A stretch of DNA of 64,000 bases from an uncultured virus (IMG/VR IMGVR_UViG_3300014059_000009). Taxonomy: Duplodnaviria; Heunggongvirae; Uroviricota; Caudoviricetes. Each line of letters starts with the position of its first letter. The stretch's first letter is position 1. The notes beneath the pieces were generated by a model. The model had not been told where the DNA came from. It saw only the letters and a program-made list of their open reading frames with translations, and searched no databases. The stretch lies in IMG/VR virus record IMGVR_UViG_3300014059_000009; one strand, 5' to 3'. The translations under genes and the position numbers were made by a program. Shown here one piece after another: positions 16,534 to 26,342 of the stretch.

Positions 16534-17176
16534 CGTGCGGGACCGGGTCGCGGACCAGCTTGCAAGGTCCGACCTCAGCGCCCAGATCGACCGCGAAATC
16601 CAGCTTGCCATCACCCGCTATAACCGGCGGGTGACGTGGCTGCACGAGGTCCGGGCCGTGACCTTGACCAGCGTTGCGGCGCAGGCGTGGTATTCTTCGG
16701 TTGACGTGTCCACCGGGGCCGGGCCGCAGGATGTGGCGGGGCGCACGGCTGTTGACGTGTCGGATATCCAGTCGGTGCGCTACATGCGGACGGCGGATTA
16801 TGACGATCTGAAGCAGGTCCGCTACAGCGATTTCGAGCGGTTTTTCGACACCACGGGATCGGCGGGACGGACAAGCTATTTCACGCTCTACGCGGGGCAG
16901 ATCGGGCTTTGGCCGGTGCCAGCAGGGGTGGAAACCTTCACCATGTCGGTTGTCTGCAAGCCTGTCGTGCCATCATCGGCGGCGGATACGAGCGTCTGGT
17001 TTGATCAGGCGCAGGAGTTGATCGAAAACGCGGCGGCATCGGCAATTTGCAGGAAATTCCTGTCGGATGGCGAGCGGGCGCAGGCGTTCAAGGTTTTTGA
17101 GGACGCGGCGTGGGATGAGTTGCTGGCGGAGAGCAACAAGAAGGCCGCGACGGGCCGGATCAGGAGTTGCGACTGA
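16517..17176 (+). CDS. Head-tail adaptor (tail tubular A/gp4-like)
   Basis: Position; TFLDVRDRVADQL.R.DL N-terminus, LWPVP motif. Confidence 0.7.
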   Translation: MTTFLDVRDRVADQLARSDLSAQIDREIQLAITRYNRRVTWLHEVRAVTLTSVAAQAWYSSVDVSTGAGPQDVAGRTAVDVSDIQSVRYMRTADYDDLKQVRYSDFERFFDTTGSAGRTSYFTLYAGQIGLWPVPAGVETFTMSVVCKPVVPSSAADTSVWFDQAQELIENAAASAICRKFLSDGERAQAFKVFEDAAWDELLAESNKKAATGRIRSCD

Positions 17177-18675
17177 TGCCCGTCATTGAGGTGCCCCTTG
17201 GGGAGTTTCTGCCCGCCTTTCCGAAGCAGAACAACCCCGGCTGCATCGTGGCGAACAACTGCATTCCGGCGGAAGGTGGCTATGCCCCTTTCTTTGGCGC
17301 GGATGAACGGGCTACCACTGTCACTCAATCCGGCGGCGGAACGGCAAGCACGTTCCTGGGGCCGGTCAGAGGCGCAACGTTGTTTTTCCGCAATGATGGC
17401 TCGCCTCTGATCGTCGGCGGGTCCGAGACAAGGCTCTTTGCCCGAGTTGGCAGCGCGGCGACGGAAACGGCGGTTGTGGCGTCGGTGATCGACGGTGAAT
17501 TCTGGGACTTTGCGCAGTTCAACGACTTCGTCTTCGCAACGTCGCTGGCGAATGACCCCTACTACCTGACCGATGTTGACAGCGATGTGTCGTGGTCAGC
17601 CCTGCCCGGAAGCCCGCCAAAAGCGCGGTACTGTGAGCGGTTCGCCGACTTCCTGATGCTGGGCTATATCGACGGCGCGCCGACGCGCATTCAATGGTCC
17701 AGTTTCAACAGCCCGGCGACAACTTGGGCCGCTGATCGCCTGACGCAGGCCGGATATGCCGACCTTGATCCCCGGTTCGGCCCGATCACCGCCTTGGTCG
17801 GCGGGCGCTACCCGATGGTGTTTCAGGAACGCGGAATTTCTCTTGTCCAGTATGTCGGGGCGCCGACTGTCTGGCGGGTTTCGGTGGTGTCGGAGGACCG
17901 GGGCTGCATCGCGCCGTTCAGTGTCGCCACCATCGGGTCGCAGACCTACTTCCTGAGCCAGGACGGGTTCTACATGACCAACGGCTCGGAATTTGCACCG
18001 ATTGGCAGCCAGAAGGTGAACAAGTGGTTTTTCAACGAGGTTGACAACAGCGACATTTCCCGGACGCAAGCGGCGGTGGATTGGGCGAACCGGAGTATCG
18101 TATGGTCCTTCCGGTCGGTCGGGTCCGCCGCCTATGACCGGCTGCTGGTCTACTCGTGGGAACAGGGCCGTTTTTCCACGGCGACGGTGACTTCGGACTG
18201 GCTGGTGGGATCGCGGCTTGATGCAACATCGCTGGAAGACCTCGATGCGCTTTTCGCCACGCTGGAAGATGTGACGCCTTCGATGGATAGCGAAATCTGG
18301 CTGGCCGGGGACCGGGTGCTTGGGGCGTTCATTTCATCGGGGGCGACTGCGACATACAACACCTTCAACGGGGACGCCTTGCAGGCGGACTGGGAGTTGG
18401 GGGCTTTCCAGCCCTCGCCGGGCAGCCGGGCTTTCGTGAGTGAGGCGCAGGCCGTCGTGGAGGCTTCCGACTGGACCATGCAGATCGCGGCTGTAGCGGC
18501 TGACAATCAGCGCATGGAGACGGTTTCAGCCTATGGAGCGCCGGGGGTGAATGGGGCTGTGCCTTTGCGGGCAGATGGCAAGGAAATGCGCTTGGCCCTG
18601 CGGATGCCTTCTGCGGCGGTATGGACGCGGGCGCAAGCGGTGCAGTTGACCTATCGTGGGAGCGGCAGGCGGTGA
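17176..18675 (+). CDS. Tail nozzle/stabilisation protein (gp10-like beta-propeller)
   Basis: RIQWSS, RGCIAPFSV, YFLSQDGFY repeats; about 500 aa. Confidence 0.75.
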   Translation: MPVIEVPLGEFLPAFPKQNNPGCIVANNCIPAEGGYAPFFGADERATTVTQSGGGTASTFLGPVRGATLFFRNDGSPLIVGGSETRLFARVGSAATETAVVASVIDGEFWDFAQFNDFVFATSLANDPYYLTDVDSDVSWSALPGSPPKARYCERFADFLMLGYIDGAPTRIQWSSFNSPATTWAADRLTQAGYADLDPRFGPITALVGGRYPMVFQERGISLVQYVGAPTVWRVSVVSEDRGCIAPFSVATIGSQTYFLSQDGFYMTNGSEFAPIGSQKVNKWFFNEVDNSDISRTQAAVDWANRSIVWSFRSVGSAAYDRLLVYSWEQGRFSTATVTSDWLVGSRLDATSLEDLDALFATLEDVTPSMDSEIWLAGDRVLGAFISSGATATYNTFNGDALQADWELGAFQPSPGSRAFVSEAQAVVEASDWTMQIAAVAADNQRMETVSAYGAPGVNGAVPLRADGKEMRLALRMPSAAVWTRAQAVQLTYRGSGRR

Positions 18676-18935
18676 AGGGCCGGGATAATTCAGAAGTTCG
18701 GTCGCTTATTCGCCGGTTCGGCGGGTCAGGTGGTGGTGGCTCTGTGGCGTGGGGCGATCTTACCGGAGTCCCGGCCACGTTTCCCCCTGACGTTCATGCG
18801 CTGGACGATCACAGTGTGCCCATTGGTCCGGTGGACTTTGCGCAGCAACAATCGCAGCGGTTTGTGATAGAAAACCGCACATCTGACCCCGGCGCACCCG
18901 TGGCGGGAGAAATCTGGTTAAGGACGGACCTTTGA
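18672..18935 (+). CDS. Small fibre-like structural protein
   Basis: GGGGSVAWGDLTGVPATFPP and DP.APVAGEIW fibre motifs. Confidence 0.55.
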   Translation: MKGRDNSEVRSLIRRFGGSGGGGSVAWGDLTGVPATFPPDVHALDDHSVPIGPVDFAQQQSQRFVIENRTSDPGAPVAGEIWLRTDL

Positions 18936-18936
18936 A

Positions 18937-19470
18937 ATGGCAGGCATCTTTTCGGCAGCATCTTTCCGAACCTTGGGCGCTGCGGCAACCCCGCAGAACC
19001 TTTTTACCATCGAAAACATCGACGCGACCAAGCTGATCTACATTCGCCGATTGACAGTCCAACTTGATGCGACGGCGGTTCTGGTCTCGGTCATGCCGCA
19101 GGTCAAGGTATCGCGTTCGGCAGCCGTTCCCACGGGGGGAACCGTGCTGGCGAAGGCGCAATTTGACACGGGAAACGCCAGCAACGCTAACTCAATCGTT
19201 CGGGGTGGCAATGCTTCGGATGGCGGTGTTGCTACAGCCATAACGGCGACGGCTGGCACTTCGATCTGGCAGCAATATTGCATGAGGATGCATACTGTCG
19301 TCGGGCAGGTTCTGGCCCCGGATAACAACGTGCTGCCATTGCTGGTCGAGACGGAAAACCTGATCCTTCGGCAGAACCAAGCCCTGCTTGTCCAAGTGGT
19401 GGCCTCGGCGGGCGCGTCAAACCCGGCGACAAACCACTGGTTCTGCAACGTGGTATGGGAAGAGGATTGA
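18937..19470 (+). CDS. Virion protein, paralog 1
   Basis: Shares VMPQVKVSR, WQQY, LP.LV, WEE blocks with next gene. Confidence 0.7.
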   Translation: MAGIFSAASFRTLGAAATPQNLFTIENIDATKLIYIRRLTVQLDATAVLVSVMPQVKVSRSAAVPTGGTVLAKAQFDTGNASNANSIVRGGNASDGGVATAITATAGTSIWQQYCMRMHTVVGQVLAPDNNVLPLLVETENLILRQNQALLVQVVASAGASNPATNHWFCNVVWEED

Positions 19471-19473
19471 TCC

Positions 19474-20250
19474 GTGGCGATCACGTTCACAGGCGGGGTT
19501 ATGGTGCCAACCGTGTTCGGGAACGACGCGGTGACGCAGCACATATTCGCGCTGGAAAATCAGATCGGTTCGCGGGTCGATGTGAACGTGCGGCGGCTGG
19601 TAGTGCAGAATGACCCGCTTACCGCGCTGGCCAGCGTCATGCCGCAGGTCAAGGTATCGCGGGGCGTGAATATTTCTGGCGGGATATTGCTGGACAAGGC
19701 GGTGCTTCGCACCACGGAAACCTCTGACCCATTCGTCAAGATCAGATCGGCGCTAGGGGAAGGTTCCCCGATCACGGCAACGCGAGGCGATACGGTCTGG
19801 CAGCAATACACATCGCGGCTTCACACCGCAGTCGAGCAAGTGATTGCGAGCGATGAGCCGCTTTTGCCGCGATTGGTGGACACGTTCGATTTCAAGCTGA
19901 AGCCGGGGGAAAGCCTCTTGGCCACGGTGATCAGCGCGACGGCAGCAAGCAACCTGGCCCTGTCGCACAACTGGCTGGTCGATTGCATCTGGGAAGAAGT
20001 GGACAAGGCAACCTTTGCGATCAGCGGCACAGTGACGCTTTCGGGCAGCCCTGTCGCGGGCGCTATCGTCAGCGTGATCGAGGCCGACGACGTGAGCATG
20101 ACAAACCCGGTGCTGATCAAGACCATCGTGACCGGCGCGGGCGGGACTTGGGCAGCGGACATCCTGACCGGCAAGGTCGGCGCGGCTTTTGTCCAGTATG
20201 AAAGTGGCGGCACCAAATACACCGCCCCAGGGAGTCCTTACCTGGCATGA
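19474..20250 (+). CDS. Virion protein, paralog 2 with C-terminal Ig/carboxypeptidase-regulatory-like domain
   Basis: Paralogy as above; ISGTVTLSGSPVAGAIV C-terminal extension. Confidence 0.7.
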   Translation: MAITFTGGVMVPTVFGNDAVTQHIFALENQIGSRVDVNVRRLVVQNDPLTALASVMPQVKVSRGVNISGGILLDKAVLRTTETSDPFVKIRSALGEGSPITATRGDTVWQQYTSRLHTAVEQVIASDEPLLPRLVDTFDFKLKPGESLLATVISATAASNLALSHNWLVDCIWEEVDKATFAISGTVTLSGSPVAGAIVSVIEADDVSMTNPVLIKTIVTGAGGTWAADILTGKVGAAFVQYESGGTKYTAPGSPYLA

Positions 20251-20654
20251 GCGTTTACACCCCCCCAGCCCTGACTTCGGTCGACTTCGCCCTGACGGCG
20301 CATTCGGTGCCGTCCATCGCATCGCCTCAGAACGTCTTGAGCGCCTACACCACACCCGCCTTGAGCGCGGTCAACTTCGCCCTGAGCGCTTTCACCGTGC
20401 CGACATGGATGAACATCGGATGGGAGTTGCTTTCGACATTCCCAACGCAATTCGCGGGGCTTCGCTATTTCTTGGGAACGGTAAAGGAATTGTGCCTGGT
20501 GGCGCTGGGCGATGCCCCGGCAGGCCCGCAATGGCGCATTCGGAAGGGCGGCACGGATTACGCGGTCTATCTGGTCGATACGACCGATCCGAATGCTTCG
20601 CAGGTGCGAATTGAAACCGGGGCGGGCATGAAAGCTGCGAGGTTGAAAACATGA
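20247..20654 (+). CDS. Virion protein with internal repeat
   Basis: YTPPALTSVDFALTAHSVP / YTTPALSAVNFALSAFTVP. Confidence 0.65.
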   Translation: MSVYTPPALTSVDFALTAHSVPSIASPQNVLSAYTTPALSAVNFALSAFTVPTWMNIGWELLSTFPTQFAGLRYFLGTVKELCLVALGDAPAGPQWRIRKGGTDYAVYLVDTTDPNASQVRIETGAGMKAARLKT

Positions 20655-21076
20655 CCGGCTTTAGCAGAATGACACAAGGCACCTCTGGCCTTACCCCGCG
20701 TAATCGGCAGGAAATCGAGGCCCCGAGCCTTCTGCAATCCCGGCAGGAAATCCCGCTAATCCGGGCGCAAACGACCTTCACGACCATCGTGACCGCAAGG
20801 GCAGACGCCTATTTTCTGGCTGATGGCGTATGGATGGCCAACGTTACTGGGGCCGGTCATACCCTGTCGGTCTGCCTTGTCGCTCCGGCAGGATCGGCGA
20901 CCGTGGCCAATGCCCTGACATGGCAGACGACAATTGCGGCGAACGTGTCGGATTTCGTGGTGGGGGTTTCCGGGATTCTGGTGCCACCGGGCTACACATT
21001 GCAGGTCGCGGCGGATGCGAATGACGTGGTGAACGTCTTCGGATGGGGCTGGAACGTGATCGGGGATGCGCAGTGA
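20651..21076 (+). CDS. Virion structural protein
   Basis: ATGA-coupled; beta-rich. Confidence 0.6.
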   Translation: MTGFSRMTQGTSGLTPRNRQEIEAPSLLQSRQEIPLIRAQTTFTTIVTARADAYFLADGVWMANVTGAGHTLSVCLVAPAGSATVANALTWQTTIAANVSDFVVGVSGILVPPGYTLQVAADANDVVNVFGWGWNVIGDAQ

Positions 21077-21471
21077 TCTGGGGGATGCTGGCCAGCGATG
21101 TGCCAGCTTATGTCGAAAGGCTGGCCCCGTTCCTGCTGAATTTCGCGGAGCATAGCCACAAGCGGGCCACGGCGTTGCAGCTTCTCGATCAGATCATGTC
21201 GGAACACATGCAGGTCTACGTGGTGGATGACTTCAAGGCGGTTTGCCTGACCACGGTTCACCCCGAGCATATCGAAATCAACTGCTGTGCCGGGGAAGAC
21301 CGGACGGACTGGCAGGACGATCTTGAGGCGCATATCGCGGAGTGGGCACGGATCACGGGCAAGGAGCGGGTCATCATGATCGCAAGGCCGGGCTGGGCAA
21401 AATGGGCCAAGGGCAAGGGCTACAGGCAGGCGCACGTCGAGCTGGTCAGGGAGTTGAACGATGGGCGGTAA
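21073..21471 (+). CDS. GNAT-like protein preceding ejection proteins
   Basis: Position; IAEWAR..G...IARPGWAK motif; analog at 58737..59105. Confidence 0.6.
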   Translation: MIWGMLASDVPAYVERLAPFLLNFAEHSHKRATALQLLDQIMSEHMQVYVVDDFKAVCLTTVHPEHIEINCCAGEDRTDWQDDLEAHIAEWARITGKERVIMIARPGWAKWAKGKGYRQAHVELVRELNDGR

Positions 21472-22450
21472 GAGCCAGACAGTCACGCAGAAAACGTCGC
21501 CCTGGTCGGTGGCGCAACCGTTTCTGAAGAACGCCCTGGGGCAGGCGGAGGCGCTTTACAAGGCCGGGGACTTCTCTGCGACGCCCTATTCCGGGGATCG
21601 GGTGGCCGGGTTCGGCGATGCCACCACAGGGGCGCAACATGGCATTCTCGACATGGCGGCAGGTGGTGCGCCGGGCACCGCGGCGGCGCGGGATACCATG
21701 CTGGGGATGCTTTCTGGTGGTGCCAACCCGAACCTTGCGGCGGTGAAGCAGAACGCGCTGGGATCGGCCATTCCGGCGGCGGCGAGCATGTTCAGCGGCT
21801 CGGGCATGATCAACAGCAGCACGGCGATGGACGGCGTGGGCCGGGCGGCGACCGACGCCATCGCGCCCTATGAATACCAGGCTTATGACACGGCGCAGAA
21901 CCGGGCCATGCAGGCGGCACAGATGCTGCCGGGGCTGGACCGGGCGATGTATGACCCGTTCCTGATGCAAAGCCAGGTTGGTGCGCAGCAGGACAGCATG
22001 GCGCAGTCGCAGATCGACGCCGAAATGAAGAAGTATTACGAGGGCGAAGGTCAGGCTGCGGCCAACTTCTCGCCCTACCTGCAAGCGATCATGGGCCTTG
22101 GTGGCATGGGCGGCACGTCGTCCACCACGTCGCCGCAGGCAGGGACAGGGCTTGGCCCTGCCATCATGGGCGGGCTTGGCACTTACGGGGCCTTGGCGGG
22201 CCTGTCCGGGGTGTCTGGCGGCATGGCTGGCGCGGGTGGCATTCTGGCGGCTCTGGCGGGGCTTTCTGACCGGCGGACGAAGGAAGATATCGTTCGCATC
22301 GGCCAGACTGATGGCGGAACCCCGGTCTACCGCTATCGCTACAAGGGCACGGACAACTGGCAGATCGGCGTCATGGCGGACGAAAACAAACACGCGATCA
22401 AGGGCTATATCAACGGCTTCGCGCTGTTGGACTATAGCAAGGTGGCATGA
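21461..22450 (+). CDS. DNA ejection protein (gp7-like) with C-terminal S74-like chaperone/autocleavage domain
   Basis: MGGKSQT Gly/Ala-rich body; SDRRTKEDI...VYRYRYKG...IGVMADE. Confidence 0.7.
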   Translation: MGGKSQTVTQKTSPWSVAQPFLKNALGQAEALYKAGDFSATPYSGDRVAGFGDATTGAQHGILDMAAGGAPGTAAARDTMLGMLSGGANPNLAAVKQNALGSAIPAAASMFSGSGMINSSTAMDGVGRAATDAIAPYEYQAYDTAQNRAMQAAQMLPGLDRAMYDPFLMQSQVGAQQDSMAQSQIDAEMKKYYEGEGQAAANFSPYLQAIMGLGGMGGTSSTTSPQAGTGLGPAIMGGLGTYGALAGLSGVSGGMAGAGGILAALAGLSDRRTKEDIVRIGQTDGGTPVYRYRYKGTDNWQIGVMADENKHAIKGYINGFALLDYSKVA

Positions 22451-24159
22451 TGCCCGGAGTTCGCGCGCAGAACGCACAACCGAAACAGCCTTTCGGGCCG
22501 CAGTTGAAAGCGGCGCTGATTCAGGCGGCCCCGCTGTTTTCGGCGATGGCTGCGGGCTATTCGTCCGGTCGCGGGCCGTATGCCTATCTTGATCAGGGCA
22601 TTGCCGGAATGCAGGCGATGCAGAAGCAGAAGCGCGACGAGGAAGCGGCTGCGGCGGCGGCTGCGGCGTTCGGCGGGCTGGTGCCCGGTGGCATGGGGCC
22701 TGCGGGCGCGCCTGCATCGGCCACATCGGGGAGGGGTGGCGCCGCGCCGATCACATTCGACAAGGCCGCCCCGCAATACATTGCCGATGATGCCATGGCT
22801 GCGCTTGGTAAGGAACCGCTGTCTATGGAGGGCCGTATTCGTGAAGGGCTGAAAGCTCGCGGGCTGCCTGAGCACATCGCCAACGGATTTATTGCCAACT
22901 TCAAGGACGAGAGCAACCTGAACCCCGGCATCAACGAGGCCGCGCCCGTGGTTCCCGGGTCGCGCGGCGGTTTCGGCTTGGCACAATGGACCGGCCCGCG
23001 CCGGAAGGCCCTTGAGGCGTTCGCGGCGTCACAGGGCAAGCCCGTGGATGATCTGGACGTCCAGTTGGACTTCCTGATGACGGAGTTGTCTGGTTCGGAA
23101 GCTGGCGCCGGGGCGGCGATCATGTCGGCGAAGAATGCCCCAGAAGCTGCGGCGGCCATCGTCAACAACTTCCTGCGGCCCGCTGAACAGCACAGGGCAA
23201 GCCGTGAGGCCGAATATCTCGGGATGGACGCTGGCGCTCCGACGCAGGCCGACCCGCTGGCCGATCCCTATGTGCAAAAGCTGATGAAGGTCATGGCGAT
23301 GCCCGGCCTATCGCCGGAGCGGCGTTCGGTTGTGGAGTTGATGCTGCAGACGCGAATGGGGCAGTTGACGGCCCCGAACCCGGATGCGGATGAAGACCGC
23401 GCCCGCCAGCGCCGCGCCCGCGATGCGGAACTGCTGGGCTACGGGCGGGGGACGCCGGAGTGGACCCAGTATGTCGTGACGGGGGAACAGCCCAAGCCAG
23501 CCGAAAAGGCCAAGCCTTATACCGACCTTGGCCAGATCAACGCCGACCTCGCGGCGGGGTTGATCACCCCGGAACAGGCGCAGACCGCAACGGAAACCCT
23601 CAACAAGAAGGGCGGCGGCATGTCCTACACCGTCCAGAACCCGGACGGGTCAAGCACGACCTTCCAACTTGGCGGAGACGCTGGCTTGACTTCGGCCAAC
23701 ACCACCGACGCCAACAAGAGCATCATGGCCTATGACAGCCTGACCAAGGGACTTGACGAATACGAGGCCATTTTCAACAAGACCGGCGGGGCGGTTGTCC
23801 CCGGCGTGGACAAGGATGCGTTGCTGACCGCCCGGCGCGGGCTGCAGTTGCAGATGAAGGAACTGTTCAACCTTGGCGTCCTGAACGGGCCTGACTTGGA
23901 AATCATGGACGCAATGCTTGTGGACCCCACCAGCATCACGAACAATACGTTGGACGCTCTTGGCGTGTCGCCGCTTGGCGACCGGGTGACCAAGAACCTT
24001 GCGCAGTTGCGGACCATGTTTGAACAGATGGTTAAGCCCAAGATCGACGCGCTACGCGGCACGGCCCCGGCGGTAACGCCCATCACCCCCGCCCCGTCCG
24101 CAAGCGGTGGAACAGGTGGCACCACGTCGGGTGGCTTGAAGTGGAGCGTTGCCCCATGA
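22447..24159 (+). CDS. Ejection protein with phage tail lysozyme domain
   Basis: GFIANFKDESNLNPG, GFGLAQWTGPRRKAL, QLDFLMTEL, NNFLRP. Confidence 0.8.
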   Translation: MMPGVRAQNAQPKQPFGPQLKAALIQAAPLFSAMAAGYSSGRGPYAYLDQGIAGMQAMQKQKRDEEAAAAAAAAFGGLVPGGMGPAGAPASATSGRGGAAPITFDKAAPQYIADDAMAALGKEPLSMEGRIREGLKARGLPEHIANGFIANFKDESNLNPGINEAAPVVPGSRGGFGLAQWTGPRRKALEAFAASQGKPVDDLDVQLDFLMTELSGSEAGAGAAIMSAKNAPEAAAAIVNNFLRPAEQHRASREAEYLGMDAGAPTQADPLADPYVQKLMKVMAMPGLSPERRSVVELMLQTRMGQLTAPNPDADEDRARQRRARDAELLGYGRGTPEWTQYVVTGEQPKPAEKAKPYTDLGQINADLAAGLITPEQAQTATETLNKKGGGMSYTVQNPDGSSTTFQLGGDAGLTSANTTDANKSIMAYDSLTKGLDEYEAIFNKTGGAVVPGVDKDALLTARRGLQLQMKELFNLGVLNGPDLEIMDAMLVDPTSITNNTLDALGVSPLGDRVTKNLAQLRTMFEQMVKPKIDALRGTAPAVTPITPAPSASGGTGGTTSGGLKWSVAP

Positions 24160-26111
24160 CCACGCTGACCATCGAAGGCCAGAAGGTCACTGTTGGGGAC
24201 GAATTCCTTGCCCTGTCGCCGGAAGAACAGGCGCGGGCCGTAGACGATATCGCCAAATCGCTTGGACTGGGTGTGACCGGGGGCGTGAAGGCCGATCCGG
24301 CGGCGGTTGATGACTTCAAGGGCCGCCTGACCACGCTGGGCGCGAACGCCGCGAACGCAGCGGCTTTCGGGTTGGGTGACGAAAGCCAGGGGCTGAAAGC
24401 CGGGATAGGCAGCCTGCTGTCTGGCGGCGACTTCCTGCCCGCCTATCGCAAGGAACGCGATGCCGTGCGTGGCGACATGGCGACGATCAACGACCGATAC
24501 CCTGCGATGGCAACCACGGGGAACCTCATCGGCTCGGCTCTCCCCGCTCTCACGGCTTCCCCGCTGGCGACAGGCAAGACGGCGCTGGGAACGATGCTTC
24601 GCGGCGGCGGACTTGGCGCAGTGGAGGGTGGGCTGCAGGGCGCGGGGAATGCAGACGGCACGGGCGTTCTGGGCAACACCATCACGGGCGGTTTGATCGG
24701 GCTTGGCGCTGGCATGGCGGCACCGATAGCAGTCGGCGGCCTCGCAATGGCGAAAAACGCCTTCACCGAAGGCATTCCTAGCCTGTTTGGCAAGGCCGTC
24801 CAGAGCAAGGCAAACCGTGCCGTGGCGGGGGCATTGGGACGCAGCGGCAAAACTGCGCCGGATATCGACGCGCTGATTGCTGCGGCGGCTCGTGATGGCC
24901 AGCCGGAATTCCGCCTGATGGACGCCCTTGGGTTGCCGGGCCAGCGCGCGGCAAACGGTTTGACGCGGGCCGGTGGTGCGCCTGGGGATGAGGTGGCCGA
25001 GTTCCTGTCCACCCGGCAATCAGGCCAGCCCGAGCGGGTCGGGTCTTTTGTGGAAGATGCTTTCGGCGTGAAGGGCACCACGGCAGCCAAGACGCAGCAA
25101 GGCCTTATTGACGCGCGCACTGACGCCGCCGATCTGGCTTATGGCGCGGCCCGAGGCAATGCAGCCCCGGTCAACCTGAACGACACGATTGACGTCATTG
25201 ATACCCTCACCAAGCGCGACCCTATCTTGGGGGAATCGGCCCTTGCGGATACGGTTATCGGAAAGCGGCTGAAAGCCCTTCGCGCGCAGATGACAAACGG
25301 GGATCAGCAGCTTATCGACTTCGACAGCGTTCTGAACATCAAGCAAGACATGTTCACGACGATGGAGGCGCTCCGCAAATCCGGGAAAACCGTCCCCAAG
25401 GAATTGTCGGATGTTTACGGCGCGCTGGACGCGGCCCTTGAGGGGTCGTCGGACATGTATCGCACCGCCAATGACGGCTTCCGGTCGGCGTCCAAGGTGA
25501 TCGACGCTGTGGACGAAGGCGCGATGATGGCGGCCCGTGGTCGGGCGGCGGACAACGTGCCGAAGTTCGGGGCCATGGCGGCGGCGGAGCGTGACGCGGC
25601 CCGCGTGGGCTATGGCGACGATCTTCTGCGCCGCCTTGAGACAATGGCTGCACCCACATCAAACCGGGCAAAGCCGCTTCTCAGCCCCAAACGGGTGATG
25701 GAAGCTGATGCAATGGCGACGGACCCGCGCCTGTATGCTGATCGGCTGGGCCGGGAAAACACCATGTGGGAGACGCAGAACAAGGCGCTAGGCGGGTCGC
25801 GGACGGCTGACAACCTTGCCGATCAATCGGCGATGGAAGGTCTTGCCGGTGGCGGGCTGCAAGCGGCAAAGTCGGCGGCCAACTTCCAATTTGGCGACAT
25901 GGTTTCGCGCGTTGCTGGAGCGCTGGCCCCAGTCCTGAAAGGCCAGAATGAACCGACGCGGATGTTGATCGCTCAGATGCTTCTATCCGGGAATGCCGGG
26001 GTTCTGGCCCCTGCCGTGGCACAAGCGGCAAAGAGCGGCAGCATGCGCCGGATGCTTGAGGCAATGATCCGGCAACCAATGCGAGAAGGCACCGCCGCCT
26101 CACTTAAGTAA
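24156..26111 (+). CDS. Large ejection/internal virion protein (gp16-like)
   Basis: Ala/Gly-rich, GLGDE, GGSRTA motifs; position. Confidence 0.75.
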   Translation: MTTLTIEGQKVTVGDEFLALSPEEQARAVDDIAKSLGLGVTGGVKADPAAVDDFKGRLTTLGANAANAAAFGLGDESQGLKAGIGSLLSGGDFLPAYRKERDAVRGDMATINDRYPAMATTGNLIGSALPALTASPLATGKTALGTMLRGGGLGAVEGGLQGAGNADGTGVLGNTITGGLIGLGAGMAAPIAVGGLAMAKNAFTEGIPSLFGKAVQSKANRAVAGALGRSGKTAPDIDALIAAAARDGQPEFRLMDALGLPGQRAANGLTRAGGAPGDEVAEFLSTRQSGQPERVGSFVEDAFGVKGTTAAKTQQGLIDARTDAADLAYGAARGNAAPVNLNDTIDVIDTLTKRDPILGESALADTVIGKRLKALRAQMTNGDQQLIDFDSVLNIKQDMFTTMEALRKSGKTVPKELSDVYGALDAALEGSSDMYRTANDGFRSASKVIDAVDEGAMMAARGRAADNVPKFGAMAAAERDAARVGYGDDLLRRLETMAAPTSNRAKPLLSPKRVMEADAMATDPRLYADRLGRENTMWETQNKALGGSRTADNLADQSAMEGLAGGGLQAAKSAANFQFGDMVSRVAGALAPVLKGQNEPTRMLIAQMLLSGNAGVLAPAVAQAAKSGSMRRMLEAMIRQPMREGTAASLK

Positions 26112-26300
26112 GGCAATCCCGGCGGCCATGACCAGGGGCGCGATGATCAGCCCCAAATAAACCCACCAGGGCAATTCGTCGTCCTTCACCCCGTTCTTCT
26201 GAAGCTGGCTGCACTTCATGGCCGCCATGAAGAATAAGAACGACACTGCGTTCCCGAGAATGACCGCCGAAACAATCGGCCAGAGCTGCCAAATATCCAT
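26100..26300 (-). CDS. Antisense small membrane protein (superinfection-exclusion candidate)
   Basis: 66 aa, two TM helices; opposite strand directly after the last ejection gene. Confidence 0.6.
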   Translation of the reverse strand: MDIWQLWPIVSAVILGNAVSFLFFMAAMKCSQLQKNGVKDDELPWWVYLGLIIAPLVMAAGIALLK

Positions 26301-26342
26301 GGCCGCGAACAATACCCCCAAAACCATCGACAGGAAAGCACA

